Shown here: positions 29,132 to 38,613 of the stretch, one piece after another | Numbering within the stretch: position 1 is the stretch's first letter | Layout of the letters: every line of letters begins with the position of its first letter | Assembly: GCA_040902195.1 (NCBI GenBank) | Contig: JBBDXS010000019.1 | Location: 213,969-277,968, forward strand | DNA from: Dehalococcoidia bacterium | GTDB lineage: Bacteria > Chloroflexota > Dehalococcoidia > DSTF01 > RBG-16-68-14 | DNA length: 64,000 nt | Direction of reading: 5' to 3' | Program-made: the position numbers and the translations under genes | The notes under the pieces: model-generated | Seen by the model: the letters and a program-made list of their open reading frames with translations, nothing else | Databases searched by the model: none | Told to the model about the DNA's origin: nothing

Positions 29132-30130
29132 CTATGCGTCCTGCGGCGGATCGATGTAGAACTGCCTGCACCAGCGCCGGAAGATGCCGATTGGACCATC
29201 GCCGTCGCAGAGCATCGGGCGCTCGACCATCTGCTTATGCTCCCAGATCGGGATGTCCTGCCCGAGCTGCCGCTCGATCTCCGCAATGAACGCCTTGCTC
29301 ACGTTCTCCGTCAGCGATTCGTTGCCGACCTTCTTCGCCATGAACGAGAAGCGCACATCGACGTACTCGCCGTCGATCGGCGTCACGGACGAGACGAGCA
29401 GCGTCTCGACGATGCCGGTGAACCGCACCAGCCCGAAGCCGAAGCCGTGCGAATCGGAAGCGATCTGCCCCTCGATCTCGCCCTGCGGCGTCGAGTACTG
29501 AACCGGCGATCGCACGCGCAAGATGTGCCCGTCGATCTCCGCGCGCGTTGCCGGCATCTCCGGCGTGCCGTGGACGTACTTGAAATGCGCTGCATCGACC
29601 GCGTTCTCCGCCATCTCCTGGTTGTGCGTGCGTATCCTCCAGCGCCCGCGGTGGTACGGTGTCCAGTTGTCGGAGCCATACTCAGGCACGACGGGCAGTT
29701 CGTAACGCGGCGGGTCGCCATGCATGTGGTGATGCACCATGATCAGGCCGTTGATCTCGTTCACCGGCCATGCGCCCAGCTTCGCAAGCGGCGGGATTTT
29801 GGTCGCGTAGGGCACTTCGACGCACGTCCCCTCGCCGTCGAAACGCCAGGCGTGGAACGGACAGCGGATCGTTGATCCTTCGATCGTGCCGCCGTACCCG
29901 AGATGCGCGCCGAGGTGCGGGCAGAACGCGTCCAGGACGCGCGCGGTGCCGTCGTCGCCGCGAAACATCACGAGCTGCCGCCCGAAGTACTGCAGCGGTA
30001 CCACGTCGCCCTGCGTTAGCTCGTCGCTGTAGGCAACTTGGAACCAGCCGTTGGGGTAGGGCGGTACCGGGAATCGATAGTCCGGCGTCACTTCCGCGCC
30101 GTTCGTTGTCGGCTCCGCAAGTTGCGTCAT
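29132..30130 (-). CDS. Rieske [2Fe-2S] non-heme iron oxygenase, KshA-like
   Basis: CPHLGAHL...CPFHAW Rieske motif; NQEMAENAVDAAHFKYVHG matches the KshA-type N..EN..D..H....H iron site. ATGA overlap with the tetR stop. Confidence 0.85.
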   Translation of the reverse strand: MTQLAEPTTNGAEVTPDYRFPVPPYPNGWFQVAYSDELTQGDVVPLQYFGRQLVMFRGDDGTARVLDAFCPHLGAHLGYGGTIEGSTIRCPFHAWRFDGEGTCVEVPYATKIPPLAKLGAWPVNEINGLIMVHHHMHGDPPRYELPVVPEYGSDNWTPYHRGRWRIRTHNQEMAENAVDAAHFKYVHGTPEMPATRAEIDGHILRVRSPVQYSTPQGEIEGQIASDSHGFGFGLVRFTGIVETLLVSSVTPIDGEYVDVRFSFMAKKVGNESLTENVSKAFIAEIERQLGQDIPIWEHKQMVERPMLCDGDGPIGIFRRWCRQFYIDPPQDA

Positions 30131-30807
30131 GGCGTACCTCCCTCTGCGCCCTCAGTGCCGGCGCCAAGCCGGAAGTCCTCCAAGGGGCCGAACTGGCGAA
30201 AGATCTGATCGACAAGGTAATCGCGCCGCTGGATCAGCGCGTCGATCGTGAACGGGTCCGAGTGGCGCAGCCGCTCCAGCAGCGGCCGGTGGCAGAAGTA
30301 GCCGATGAGCTGCACGTGGATGTCGTGGATGAAGAGCGCCGGATCGAGGCGCCGGATCAGGCCTGCATCCATCGCCCGCGTGAGCGTTTCGACGGCCGGC
30401 ACGTAGATCGGCTCGACGAAGCGGCTCAGGTACGCCTCGGGATCGGTCGACTCCAGCAGCTCCCGCTCGAGGAGGCGCGCCAGCGCAATGTGCTCGACGA
30501 AGAACGCCTGGATCTGATCGAGCAGGTACGCGACACGCTCCTTCGAGAACTCACCGCCCAGGAACTCGCGCATGACCTCGGAGATGCGGCCGAGCGCCTC
30601 GTCCAGGACGGCCTCGTGCAGCGCCTCCTTGCTCGGGAAGTGGTAGAGCAGGGTCGTCTTGTGCGTCTTCGCCGCGTCCGCGATGTCCTGGACCGTCACG
30701 CCCGAGAAGCCCCGCTCCGCGAACAGGAGCGTCCCGGCATCGATCACGGCGCGCCGCCTATCAGCGCGCGTCACCGACCGGCGGGTATGAGTAGGTTTTG
30801 CTACCAT
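30127..30807 (-). CDS. TetR family transcriptional regulator (first gene of the catabolic operon)
   Basis: 226 aa; N-terminal HTH (RRAVIDAGTLLFAERGFSGVTVQDIADAA). Confidence 0.9.
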   Translation of the reverse strand: MVAKPTHTRRSVTRADRRRAVIDAGTLLFAERGFSGVTVQDIADAAKTHKTTLLYHFPSKEALHEAVLDEALGRISEVMREFLGGEFSKERVAYLLDQIQAFFVEHIALARLLERELLESTDPEAYLSRFVEPIYVPAVETLTRAMDAGLIRRLDPALFIHDIHVQLIGYFCHRPLLERLRHSDPFTIDALIQRRDYLVDQIFRQFGPLEDFRLGAGTEGAEGGTP

Positions 30808-30949
30808 TTAGTCGGATATTGCTCCCAACTGGACGATTTGTCAAACGGGCCTAACGGCGTTGGCAGACGTTGAGCGCCAAGTAGGGCCATTCTCGGTGAA
30901 ATGCCGCAAGACCTGCGACACGGGAGATTAGCGTTCTGGAGCTAGCGGG

Positions 30950-31157
30950 AGCCATTCGACCCCGAAGGCCAGGCCTCGCCCCGGAGGCCAGGCCTTCAGG
31001 CTGGCGGAGCTCACGCAGGGATGGAAGACTAGGAGGTCCCGGTCTGTAGCGTTACGCCATGGCCCGAAGGCCAGGCTTTTCATAGAGTCGCCTCAGGCGA
31101 CAGCCTGGCGGAGCCCGCCTCAAGCGACAGCATGGCGCTGGCGCAGGTCTCGCGCGT
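30950..31157. repeat. degenerate ~103-bp tandem duplication in the tetR upstream region
   Basis: CCCGAAGGCCAGGC at ~30961 and ~31063; CTGGCGGAGC at ~31001 and ~31105; CCTCA(G/A)GCGACAGC twice; GTCGCC-TCA-GGCGAC hairpin. Confidence 0.5.
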
Positions 31158-31159
31158 TC

Positions 31160-32215
31160 TTACGCCCCGCGCAGCGTCTCGAGCAGCTCCCGCACGAGCC
31201 TCTCGTCGCTCCGCATTCCCGGCGCCAGCCCGAGGAACAGCGTCGACGCGATGCCGCCCCAGCGCTCTTTGAGCTGCGGGCCGACTTCGTCATAGGTCCC
31301 GATCACCGCGAATTCGGCAAGCATCTCGTCCGTGATGAGGCGGCCCATCTCGCCCCACTTTCCCTCTATCGAGTAGGCGTGGAGCGTCTGCCCGGCCTCC
31401 GTCCAGCCGTGATGGTCCAGCACCGCGTGGTACGTCCGCGTTGATGCGTAGAACGCGATGTGCTGCCGTACGCCCGGCTTCGCCGCCTCGACTTCGTCAC
31501 GCGTCTCGCCGGTGATCACGAACGGCGTCGCGACGAGATCGACGTCGCTCGCGAGGCGGCCGGTCTTCTGCGCGCCCGCCTCGATGGCTGGCCGCAGCAC
31601 ATCGGCCGTGTACTTCGCTGTGACGAGCGGATGGACGCGGACGCCTTCGCAGATTTCGCCCGCCAGTTTCGCCATGTAGGGGTTCAGCGCCGAGATGTAG
31701 ATCGGCACGTTCGGATGCTCGATCGGCCCCGGGTTGAAGAACGGCGTCATGAGCGTGTAGGTGTAATACTTGCCCTGGAAGCTGGGCCGCGTGCCGTTTT
31801 GGAACGAGTCGAAGATCGCGCGCAGGCATTCGACGTACTCGCGCATGCGCGGCCCCGCCGGTCCCGACCACGGCGTCGAGTAGCGCCGCTCGTTGTGGCC
31901 CTTTACCTGCGTGCCGATGCCCAGCTCGAACCGCCCGTTCGACCAGCGCTGCAGGTCCCACGCGATCTGCGCCGTCACCATCGGGCTGCGCGGGAACGCG
32001 ATCGCCACGTTCGTACCGAGGTGGAGGCGCTGCGTATGCTCCGCCGCGATCATGAGCGGCAGGAACGGGTCGTGCCCCGTCTCCGGTGTGCTCGCTGCGT
32101 CGAACCCCAGCGCCTCAATCTCACGCGCCGCCTCCGCGATCCCGTCGAGCGGGTTCGTCAGCGCCGCGCCCCCCGGCCCTGCCCCCGCGCCCGCCAGTAT
32201 CGTCTCTACGCGCAT
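31160..32215 (-). CDS. LLM-class (luciferase-like) flavin/F420-dependent oxidoreductase
   Basis: 351 aa from the ATG at 32215 (MRVETILAG...), preceded by GGGAGGA. The longer 542-aa track ORF runs through the tRNA-Pro and is not coding there. Confidence 0.85.
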   Translation of the reverse strand: MRVETILAGAGAGPGGAALTNPLDGIAEAAREIEALGFDAASTPETGHDPFLPLMIAAEHTQRLHLGTNVAIAFPRSPMVTAQIAWDLQRWSNGRFELGIGTQVKGHNERRYSTPWSGPAGPRMREYVECLRAIFDSFQNGTRPSFQGKYYTYTLMTPFFNPGPIEHPNVPIYISALNPYMAKLAGEICEGVRVHPLVTAKYTADVLRPAIEAGAQKTGRLASDVDLVATPFVITGETRDEVEAAKPGVRQHIAFYASTRTYHAVLDHHGWTEAGQTLHAYSIEGKWGEMGRLITDEMLAEFAVIGTYDEVGPQLKERWGGIASTLFLGLAPGMRSDERLVRELLETLRGA

Positions 32216-32240
32216 ATGCGTCCTCCCGAAGTCATGGAGT

Positions 32241-32257
32241 TGGATTGGATTGGATTG
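32241..32257. repeat. (GGATT)3 microsatellite between the LLM start and tRNA-Pro
   Basis: ggattggattggattgg read directly. Confidence 0.6.
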
Positions 32258-32270
32258 GAGAGGGGAGAGT

Positions 32271-32347
32271 TGGTCGGGGCGACTGGACTCGAACCAGCGA
32301 CCTCCTGACCCCCAGTCAGGTGCCCTACCAAGCTGGGCCACGCCCCG
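32271..32347 (-). tRNA. tRNA-Pro(GGG): tRNA-Pro (anticodon GGG), CCA encoded
   Basis: Reverse complement folds as CGGGGCG/CGCCCCG acceptor, GCCC/GGGC D-stem, CCUGA/UCAGG anticodon stem with loop CUGGGGG (U33, G37), GCUGG-UUCGAGU-CCAGU T-arm, discriminator A, CCA. Confidence 0.88.
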
Positions 32348-32421
32348 GACCTTGGCTCCAGGGTATCCGCGCGCCGTGCTGTCCGTCAAACGATGCCGCC
32401 AGCTCTCATCACACGCTCGCG

Positions 32422-33288
32422 CTAGCGAATAGCCGCCAGCCACGCCGTCGCCAGGACCGCCGTCGCCATGCCGATCAGGCCGAAGCCGATCTGGTGCGCC
32501 GCCTGCCCCGGACGCACGACGTGCGCGCCGATGGCGCCCCCAAGCAGCGCCGCCGCTAGCGCGGCACCGGTTGCGAAGGGTCGCCAGTCGTAGTCCAGGC
32601 GGAATCCGAGGGCTACCGCGAGCACCAGCGCGAGCGCGAAGCTGCCCCAGGCGAGCCGCCGCGTCGCGTCCGCGCCGATCGTGTGGGCAAGCCCGCGGAC
32701 CCCGGCCCTCCTGTCGGCCGCGATGTCCGGAAGGGTGTTGGAGAGGTGAACAGCCAGGCCCGCCAGGGGTGCGAACGGGATCAGCCACCAGAGTTCGCTT
32801 GAGAACCGGTCAAGCGACACCCAGACCCAAAAGGGCAGCGCCGGCAACGCGATCATGAAGGGGACCGGGCTCAAGATGCTTCGCTTAAGACGGACGTTGT
32901 ACGCCAGTCCCGCGGCCAGCCCAATGGCTCCAACGGCCAGCGATAACGGGCCGAACGTGGCGGCGAGCACGCCTGCTACCAGCGCCGCACCGCCGGCGAG
33001 CAGCAGCGCCGTCCTCGGCTCGAGCAGCCCCTGAACGATCGGCTTGTACGGCTTCGTTTCGGCGTCCAGATCTCGGTCGCAGTAGTCGTTCGAGGCGCCG
33101 ATGGCCGCCTGCGCGCAGAACATTGCGCCTGCGAGGCGGACGAGCGTCGAGCCCGCGGGGATGCCCTCATTGGCGATGGTTGCCAGGCCTATCGTCGCGG
33201 CAACGTTCAGCGCGACCGGGAAGGGGTGGATTACGCGTGCCGCCCGGATAACGCGGCCGAGAGATCGTTCGGCGCCTCGTCCCTCCAT
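32422..33288 (-). CDS. UbiA family aromatic prenyltransferase
   Basis: NDYCDRDLD (first Asp-rich UbiA motif); polytopic membrane protein. ATG at 33288. Confidence 0.85.
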   Translation of the reverse strand: MEGRGAERSLGRVIRAARVIHPFPVALNVAATIGLATIANEGIPAGSTLVRLAGAMFCAQAAIGASNDYCDRDLDAETKPYKPIVQGLLEPRTALLLAGGAALVAGVLAATFGPLSLAVGAIGLAAGLAYNVRLKRSILSPVPFMIALPALPFWVWVSLDRFSSELWWLIPFAPLAGLAVHLSNTLPDIAADRRAGVRGLAHTIGADATRRLAWGSFALALVLAVALGFRLDYDWRPFATGAALAAALLGGAIGAHVVRPGQAAHQIGFGLIGMATAVLATAWLAAIR

Positions 33289-33412
33289 CACGTGTCCATC
33301 ATGATCGGTCAGCTGTCCTGGATCGGGCTAACAATAGCGGTAACCGCACCGCCGCCGTCGAACGCAGATGTGTAAAGGTGGAGGCGAGCTGGGGTGTCCG
33401 CCCGGCTGGCCG

Positions 33413-34321
33413 CTAGCCGAGCACGCGGCCGAGAACGACGATCAGTACGCCGGCCGCCGTTACGAGCGTAAACTCCCCGGCGATGCGCCGGTCCAGGTCA
33501 CCCGTTAAGTGGTGCTGCACGAGGCCGGTCGAGAGGTAGAAGCCAAGTAGGAGCACAATTGCCGAGAGGAACTCCTCGAGGGGGATGAAGTAAAGCGCCC
33601 AGCGCGCTTCCGCCACGACAAGTCCGATCACGCCCGCGAACACGAGCGCGCGGTAGGCGTCCGCCTCAGCCTCGCGGAACAGCTCGATGGCGAGCAGCAT
33701 GCTGAACAGTCCGGTCGCAAACGCCGCAGGCAGCAGGTCGACGTCGAACTCGAAGACAACAGCGTAGAACCCGAACGCCGCGACGTACGTGAGGACGTGC
33801 AGCGCCAGCCGCCCGAACGCGAACGAAGGCCCGTGGCTTACCGACGCGTACTCGCCGTAGAGCGCCCCGGCGAACAGGACCGACGCGCCCAGCACTGCGG
33901 GTACCGTCTGGTAGCCGTCGACGACCTCCTCCAGGAAGAGGCCGCTCGCCAGCGCGAAGAGCACCGGGATGAACAGGAAGGGCGCCGTATCGGCCAGGCC
34001 GCGCAGCTCGACGCGCGGGTGCGTGCGCAGGATGCCGTCGGTGCCGAGGCCAACGAGCGCGACCATCGCGAGCAGGATCCAGGGCTGCGTCGGCTCCACC
34101 GCCAGGTACAGCGCGAGACCAATGCCGTAGACGGCCGCCAGCAGCGGGATCGGCGCAGAGCGCGGCAGCCCGCTCAGGTCGAACGTCGCGTAGTCATCGT
34201 GCGGCCAGCTCGTGCGGTCGAGCGTCGTCTGTGCCATGAGTGCATCTTGAGGGTCTTTGAGCTTACATAAGCCCAGCCACCAAGCTTCGGCCATTCTAGG
34301 CGGCAGGGCCCTCTCGGTCAA
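33413..34321 (-). CDS. hypothetical integral membrane protein
   Basis: 302 aa, about 8 hydrophobic helices, no recognisable motif; GC3-rich codon usage. Confidence 0.6.
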   Translation of the reverse strand: MTERALPPRMAEAWWLGLCKLKDPQDALMAQTTLDRTSWPHDDYATFDLSGLPRSAPIPLLAAVYGIGLALYLAVEPTQPWILLAMVALVGLGTDGILRTHPRVELRGLADTAPFLFIPVLFALASGLFLEEVVDGYQTVPAVLGASVLFAGALYGEYASVSHGPSFAFGRLALHVLTYVAAFGFYAVVFEFDVDLLPAAFATGLFSMLLAIELFREAEADAYRALVFAGVIGLVVAEARWALYFIPLEEFLSAIVLLLGFYLSTGLVQHHLTGDLDRRIAGEFTLVTAAGVLIVVLGRVLG

Positions 34322-34379
34322 ACGAAGAGGCTGGCTGCGAGTCGCGAGCGAGTTCCACGCCCGGTCGTTTGGGCTTCGC

Positions 34380-37300
34380 TTAGGTATTTACGGAAGCTAA
34401 GGAGGCCTCTTGCGCCAGTTTCGTCATCACACGTTCGAGCGCGTCCTGCCAACCCTCGCCCAGCGCGCCGAGGTCGAGCCGGGCCTGCGACGCTCCTGCC
34501 TTCAGGCCGGGTATACGTGCGCCAGCGAACACCTCGCGCGGCACGAGGCCGTCCTCGATGCGAACGACGAGCTCGTCGCCTTCCCGCTGTACGGCTGAGG
34601 CGTTCGCCTTCTTCGCCAGCGCCCGGATGCGGACGACGAACAGGAGGTTGCGCGCCGGCGCCGGGGCCGGCCCGAAGCGGTCGTCCAGCTCCTGCGCGAC
34701 CGACTCCGCTTCTTCCGGCGACTCGACTTCGGCCATGCGCTGGTAGAGCGCCAGGCGCACGTTCAGGTCGCCGACATACGCCGACGGGAGGTGCGCCGAG
34801 AACGGCAGGTCGATCGTCAGCGAGGGCTGCTGCGTCTTCGGCACGGGCGGGGTGCGCCCCTCGCGTAGCGCCTTCAGCCGCTCGACGGCGTCGGAGAGCA
34901 AACGCACGTACAGGTCGAAGCCGACAGCGCCGATGTGCCCGCTCTGCTCCGCCCCGAGCAGGTTGCCGGCGCCCCGGATTTCCAGGTCGCGCAGCGCGAT
35001 CTGGAAGCCAGACCCCAGTTCCGTCGCCTGGAAGATCGCCTGGAGCCGCTTCTGCGCCTGCTCCGAAAGCGATCGGTACTTGTCGAACAGCAGGTACGCG
35101 TATGCGCGCGCCGCGCCGCGCCCGACGCGCCCGCGTAGCTGATAGAGCTGCGCCAGCCCGAGCCGGTCCGCGCGGTCGATGATGATCGTGTTCACGTTCG
35201 GGATGTCCAGCCCGGACTCGATGATCGTCGTGCATACCAGGACGTCGACCCGTCCGTCTACGAAATCGACCATCACGCGTTCGAGCTGCTCCTCCGGCTG
35301 CTGTCCGTGCCCGATGCTGATCGCCGCTTCCGGCACGAGGTCGCTCAGCTTGCGCGCTACGGCCTCGATGTCCTGCACGCGGTTATGCACGAAGTAGACC
35401 TGCCCGCCGCGCTCCAGCTCGCGCACGATCGCGTCGCGCACCAGCTTGTCGTCCGACTCCGAGACGTAGGTCTTGATCGGCAGGCGCTGCTCGGGTGGCG
35501 TCTCCATCGTCGACATGTCCCGGATACCCGTCAGCGACATGTGCAGCGTTCGCGGGATCGGCGTCGCCGAGAGCGTCAGCACGTCGACCTCGCGGCGCAT
35601 CTGCTTCAGCCGCTCCTTGTGCGCCACGCCGAAGCGCTGCTCCTCATCGATGATCGCGAGGCCCAGGTTTTTGATCGCGACGTCCTTCTGCAGCAGACGG
35701 TGCGTGCCGATCACGATGTCGACCGAGCCGTCCTTCAGCCCCTCGATCGTCTCGCGCTGCTCCTTGTCCGACCGGAAGCGCGACAGCATGTCGACCCGCG
35801 CCGGAAATCCCGACAGCCGCTCGCGGAACGTGTTGTAGTGTTGCTGCGCCAGCACCGTCGTCGGCACAAGCATCGCCACCTGGCGGCCGTCCGTGATCGC
35901 CTTGAACGCCGCGCGCACAGCGACCTCCGTCTTGCCGTAGCCGACATCGCCGCAAACGACGCGGTCCATCGGGCGGTCGTGCTCCATATCGGCCTTCACG
36001 GCGCACACCGCCGCGAGCTGGTCCGGCGTCTCCACATAGGGGAACGACGCCTCCAGCTCCTGCTGCCACGGCGAGTCCTGCGGAAACGCGTGCCCTTCGA
36101 TGAGCTGGCGTGACGCGTACAGCTCGAGCAGCTCCTTCGCGAGGTCGGCGACGGCGCGGCGTACGCGTGCCTTGGCGCGTGTCCACTCCTGGCTGCCCAG
36201 CCGCGTCAGGTGCGGCGTCGCGTCGCCCGGCCCGACGTAGCGGCTCACACGGTCGACCTGCTCCGCCGGCACGAAGAGCTTGTCTCCCTGCGCGTACCGC
36301 AGGTCGAGGTACTCGTGCTCGATTTCGTCGACGCGCCGCCGGATCAGTCCCGCGAACCGCGCGATGCCGTGCTCCGTGTGCACGACGTAGTCGCCCGGCG
36401 AGAGGTCTGCGAGGAACGCCTCGCGCCCTGCCCCCGCCCGTCGCGGCAGCCGGCGGCGTTGCTTCACGAAGCCGAAGACCTCGGCGTCCGTCAACAGCGT
36501 CAGCGGCGGCTGCGATGTCGTCAGACGCCAGCCCTGCGGCAGCGAGCCATGTACCAGGACGATCGCGCCCGCCTCCGGCATCGATGGTGTCTCTGCCAGC
36601 GACGCCGGGACGCCTTGCTCTGCGAACACCTCCGCCAGCCGCTCCGCTTGCTGCGACACGATGACGATCGCGCGGCCGCGGGCCGTCGCTTCTGCGCCGT
36701 CCGAGACCAGGTTGCGCAGCCGCCCGCCATACGCATCGGGCGGCGCGAACGGCAGCCGCGCGCCCGTCCCCGAAGGCGTCTCGACCGCGACGCCGTCCTC
36801 ACGCGTGTCTACGGCCCAGCGCGAGAAGTGGACCCTCCGCGCGACGCCGTCAAGCGCGGCGCGCACGTCGCTCTCGGAAAAATGCGGCGAAGGCAGCCCT
36901 TCCGGCAGCTCGCCGCGCGATTGTAGGTCGATGCGCGCCTCCGCGCTCTGCGTGTCGTGCTCCTCGAGCGCCTTCGCCACGTCCGCCGGCTCATCGATGA
37001 GGAGCAGCGCGCCGGCAGGTACGTGGTCGAGCAAAGACCCCGACGCGAGCAGCGGTACGTAGAAGCCTTCCTCTGCGAACGCCGCGTCCTCCTCCAGCTT
37101 TACGAGCTCTTCCTCGAACCGCTCGCGTCCCTCCGGCGACAGCGTCGACAGGTCGATGCGTTGCGCCAGCTCTCGCGCGGCGCTCGCCATGTCGAGCACC
37201 TCGCGCGCGGGCCCAAGCGTCACTGCGTCGACCAGGCCGCCCGATCGCTGCGTCGCGACATCGAACCGGCGCATGCTCTCGATGCGGTCGCCGGCGAACT

Positions 37301-37883
37301 CGATGCGCAGCGGCGCGTCACCTGTCGACGGCAACACGTCGATGATCCCGCCGCGCCGCGCCGCCTCGCCCGGCTCCGCGACGACAGGCGCGGTTCGATA
37401 GCCCAGCCGCAGCAGGGACATCAGCAGCGCGTCGGGCGTCATCTGCGCGCCGACCGCGAGATCGACCATCGCATCTTCGTCGCGCGCCAGGGTGCGTTGC
37501 GCCAGCGCCGCCGCCGGCGCGACCATGATGCAGGGCTGCCTGCTGTGCAGCGTCTCGAGCGCGCGCAGCCTGTCCATGACGGCATCGATATCGGTCGCGA
37601 GCCGCTCGTAGGGGAGGGCATCGCGCTCCGGGAACGGAAGGACGGGTAGGGTGTCGCCCAGCCAGAGCTGCAACTCCTCGATCAGCGCCAGCGCGCGCGG
37701 GGGTTTCGGCACGACAACGATCACCGGCGCTCGCCCGACATCTGCCAGCCCGGCAATCAGCGCGCCCTTCGCCGCGTCCGTAATGCCCAGCACGACGGGC
37801 TCGCGCGCACCGAGGCGGCCGCTCAGCGCGCGCAGTCCGCAGGCATCCTCGATGGCCGCTAGTAGATTTCGTAAGTCACTCAT
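34380..37883 (-). CDS. mfd: transcription-repair coupling factor Mfd
   Basis: 1167 aa; UvrB-homology N-terminus, RecG-like SF2 helicase motifs (GDVGYGKTEVAVRAAF, DEEQRFG), TRG motif and C-terminal domain. Confidence 0.95.
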   Translation of the reverse strand: MSDLRNLLAAIEDACGLRALSGRLGAREPVVLGITDAAKGALIAGLADVGRAPVIVVVPKPPRALALIEELQLWLGDTLPVLPFPERDALPYERLATDIDAVMDRLRALETLHSRQPCIMVAPAAALAQRTLARDEDAMVDLAVGAQMTPDALLMSLLRLGYRTAPVVAEPGEAARRGGIIDVLPSTGDAPLRIEFAGDRIESMRRFDVATQRSGGLVDAVTLGPAREVLDMASAARELAQRIDLSTLSPEGRERFEEELVKLEEDAAFAEEGFYVPLLASGSLLDHVPAGALLLIDEPADVAKALEEHDTQSAEARIDLQSRGELPEGLPSPHFSESDVRAALDGVARRVHFSRWAVDTREDGVAVETPSGTGARLPFAPPDAYGGRLRNLVSDGAEATARGRAIVIVSQQAERLAEVFAEQGVPASLAETPSMPEAGAIVLVHGSLPQGWRLTTSQPPLTLLTDAEVFGFVKQRRRLPRRAGAGREAFLADLSPGDYVVHTEHGIARFAGLIRRRVDEIEHEYLDLRYAQGDKLFVPAEQVDRVSRYVGPGDATPHLTRLGSQEWTRAKARVRRAVADLAKELLELYASRQLIEGHAFPQDSPWQQELEASFPYVETPDQLAAVCAVKADMEHDRPMDRVVCGDVGYGKTEVAVRAAFKAITDGRQVAMLVPTTVLAQQHYNTFRERLSGFPARVDMLSRFRSDKEQRETIEGLKDGSVDIVIGTHRLLQKDVAIKNLGLAIIDEEQRFGVAHKERLKQMRREVDVLTLSATPIPRTLHMSLTGIRDMSTMETPPEQRLPIKTYVSESDDKLVRDAIVRELERGGQVYFVHNRVQDIEAVARKLSDLVPEAAISIGHGQQPEEQLERVMVDFVDGRVDVLVCTTIIESGLDIPNVNTIIIDRADRLGLAQLYQLRGRVGRGAARAYAYLLFDKYRSLSEQAQKRLQAIFQATELGSGFQIALRDLEIRGAGNLLGAEQSGHIGAVGFDLYVRLLSDAVERLKALREGRTPPVPKTQQPSLTIDLPFSAHLPSAYVGDLNVRLALYQRMAEVESPEEAESVAQELDDRFGPAPAPARNLLFVVRIRALAKKANASAVQREGDELVVRIEDGLVPREVFAGARIPGLKAGASQARLDLGALGEGWQDALERVMTKLAQEASLASVNT

Positions 37884-37956
37884 GTTCGGTACACGCGAAA
37901 ACGGGCTGGCCGCTCAGCGACCACCCCTCACACATCTATTGTACCGCAGCGCCTAT

Positions 37957-38613
37957 CTACGTGTTGTAGCGCCCCATCGCGACCGCGATGCCGTCCGTCA
38001 CCGCACACTCGATCGCCTCCATTGCGCGCTCGACGGCGGCGTCTAGCAGCGCGCGTTCGTCCGGCGGTGGGTCGGAAAGCACGTAGTTCGCCACGTGCTC
38101 GGGGTCCCACGACGGCTCGCCGTTCACGACCGGCCTGCCGATACCGATGCGCAGCCGCGCGAACTCGTCCGTCCCCGTCGCGTCGATGATCGACTTCAAC
38201 CCCTTGTAGCCGCCCGAGCCGCCGCGCGCGCGCAGCCGTACCTTCCCCACCGGCAGATCGAGCTCGTCATACACCACCAGCAGCTCCCGCGCGTCGTCCA
38301 GCCCGAGGCGCTTGATCAGGTTCCAGATGACATCGCCGCTCTTGTTGACGAACGTGCGTGGCTTCGCCAGCGCCACCTCGTGCCCGCCGATGCGTCCCTT
38401 GCCTAGCGCTGCCTGTCCACTGACCGACAGCTCGATACCGTGCCGTTTCGCGAGGCGGTTGATCGTCCAGAAGCCGACGTTGTGCCGGTTGCCCGCGTAC
38501 TCGCTGCTGGGGTTTCCTAGCCCGGCGATTAGCCGGATGCGATACTCGCGCGGCTCCTCGTCTGCGAACTTCTCCTTGCGCCCGAAGAAGCGTCGCAGCA
38601 ACCCGCCACTCAC
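37957..38613 (-). CDS. pth: peptidyl-tRNA hydrolase
   Basis: IRLIAGLGNPSSEYAGNRHNVGF, the classic Pth N-terminal motif. Start placed at the GTG at 38613 overlapping the upstream stop (GTGA); no in-frame ATG exists upstream of the conserved core. Confidence 0.8.
   Translation of the reverse strand: MSGGLLRRFFGRKEKFADEEPREYRIRLIAGLGNPSSEYAGNRHNVGFWTINRLAKRHGIELSVSGQAALGKGRIGGHEVALAKPRTFVNKSGDVIWNLIKRLGLDDARELLVVYDELDLPVGKVRLRARGGSGGYKGLKSIIDATGTDEFARLRIGIGRPVVNGEPSWDPEHVANYVLSDPPPDERALLDAAVERAMEAIECAVTDGIAVAMGRYNT

Noticed and set aside
31160-32788. 542-aa track ORF
   Set aside because: Only the C-terminal 351 codons (from ATG 32215, with SD) are the LLM oxidoreductase. The upstream part runs through tRNA-Pro and a microsatellite and translates to low-complexity Gly/Arg/Pro sequence.
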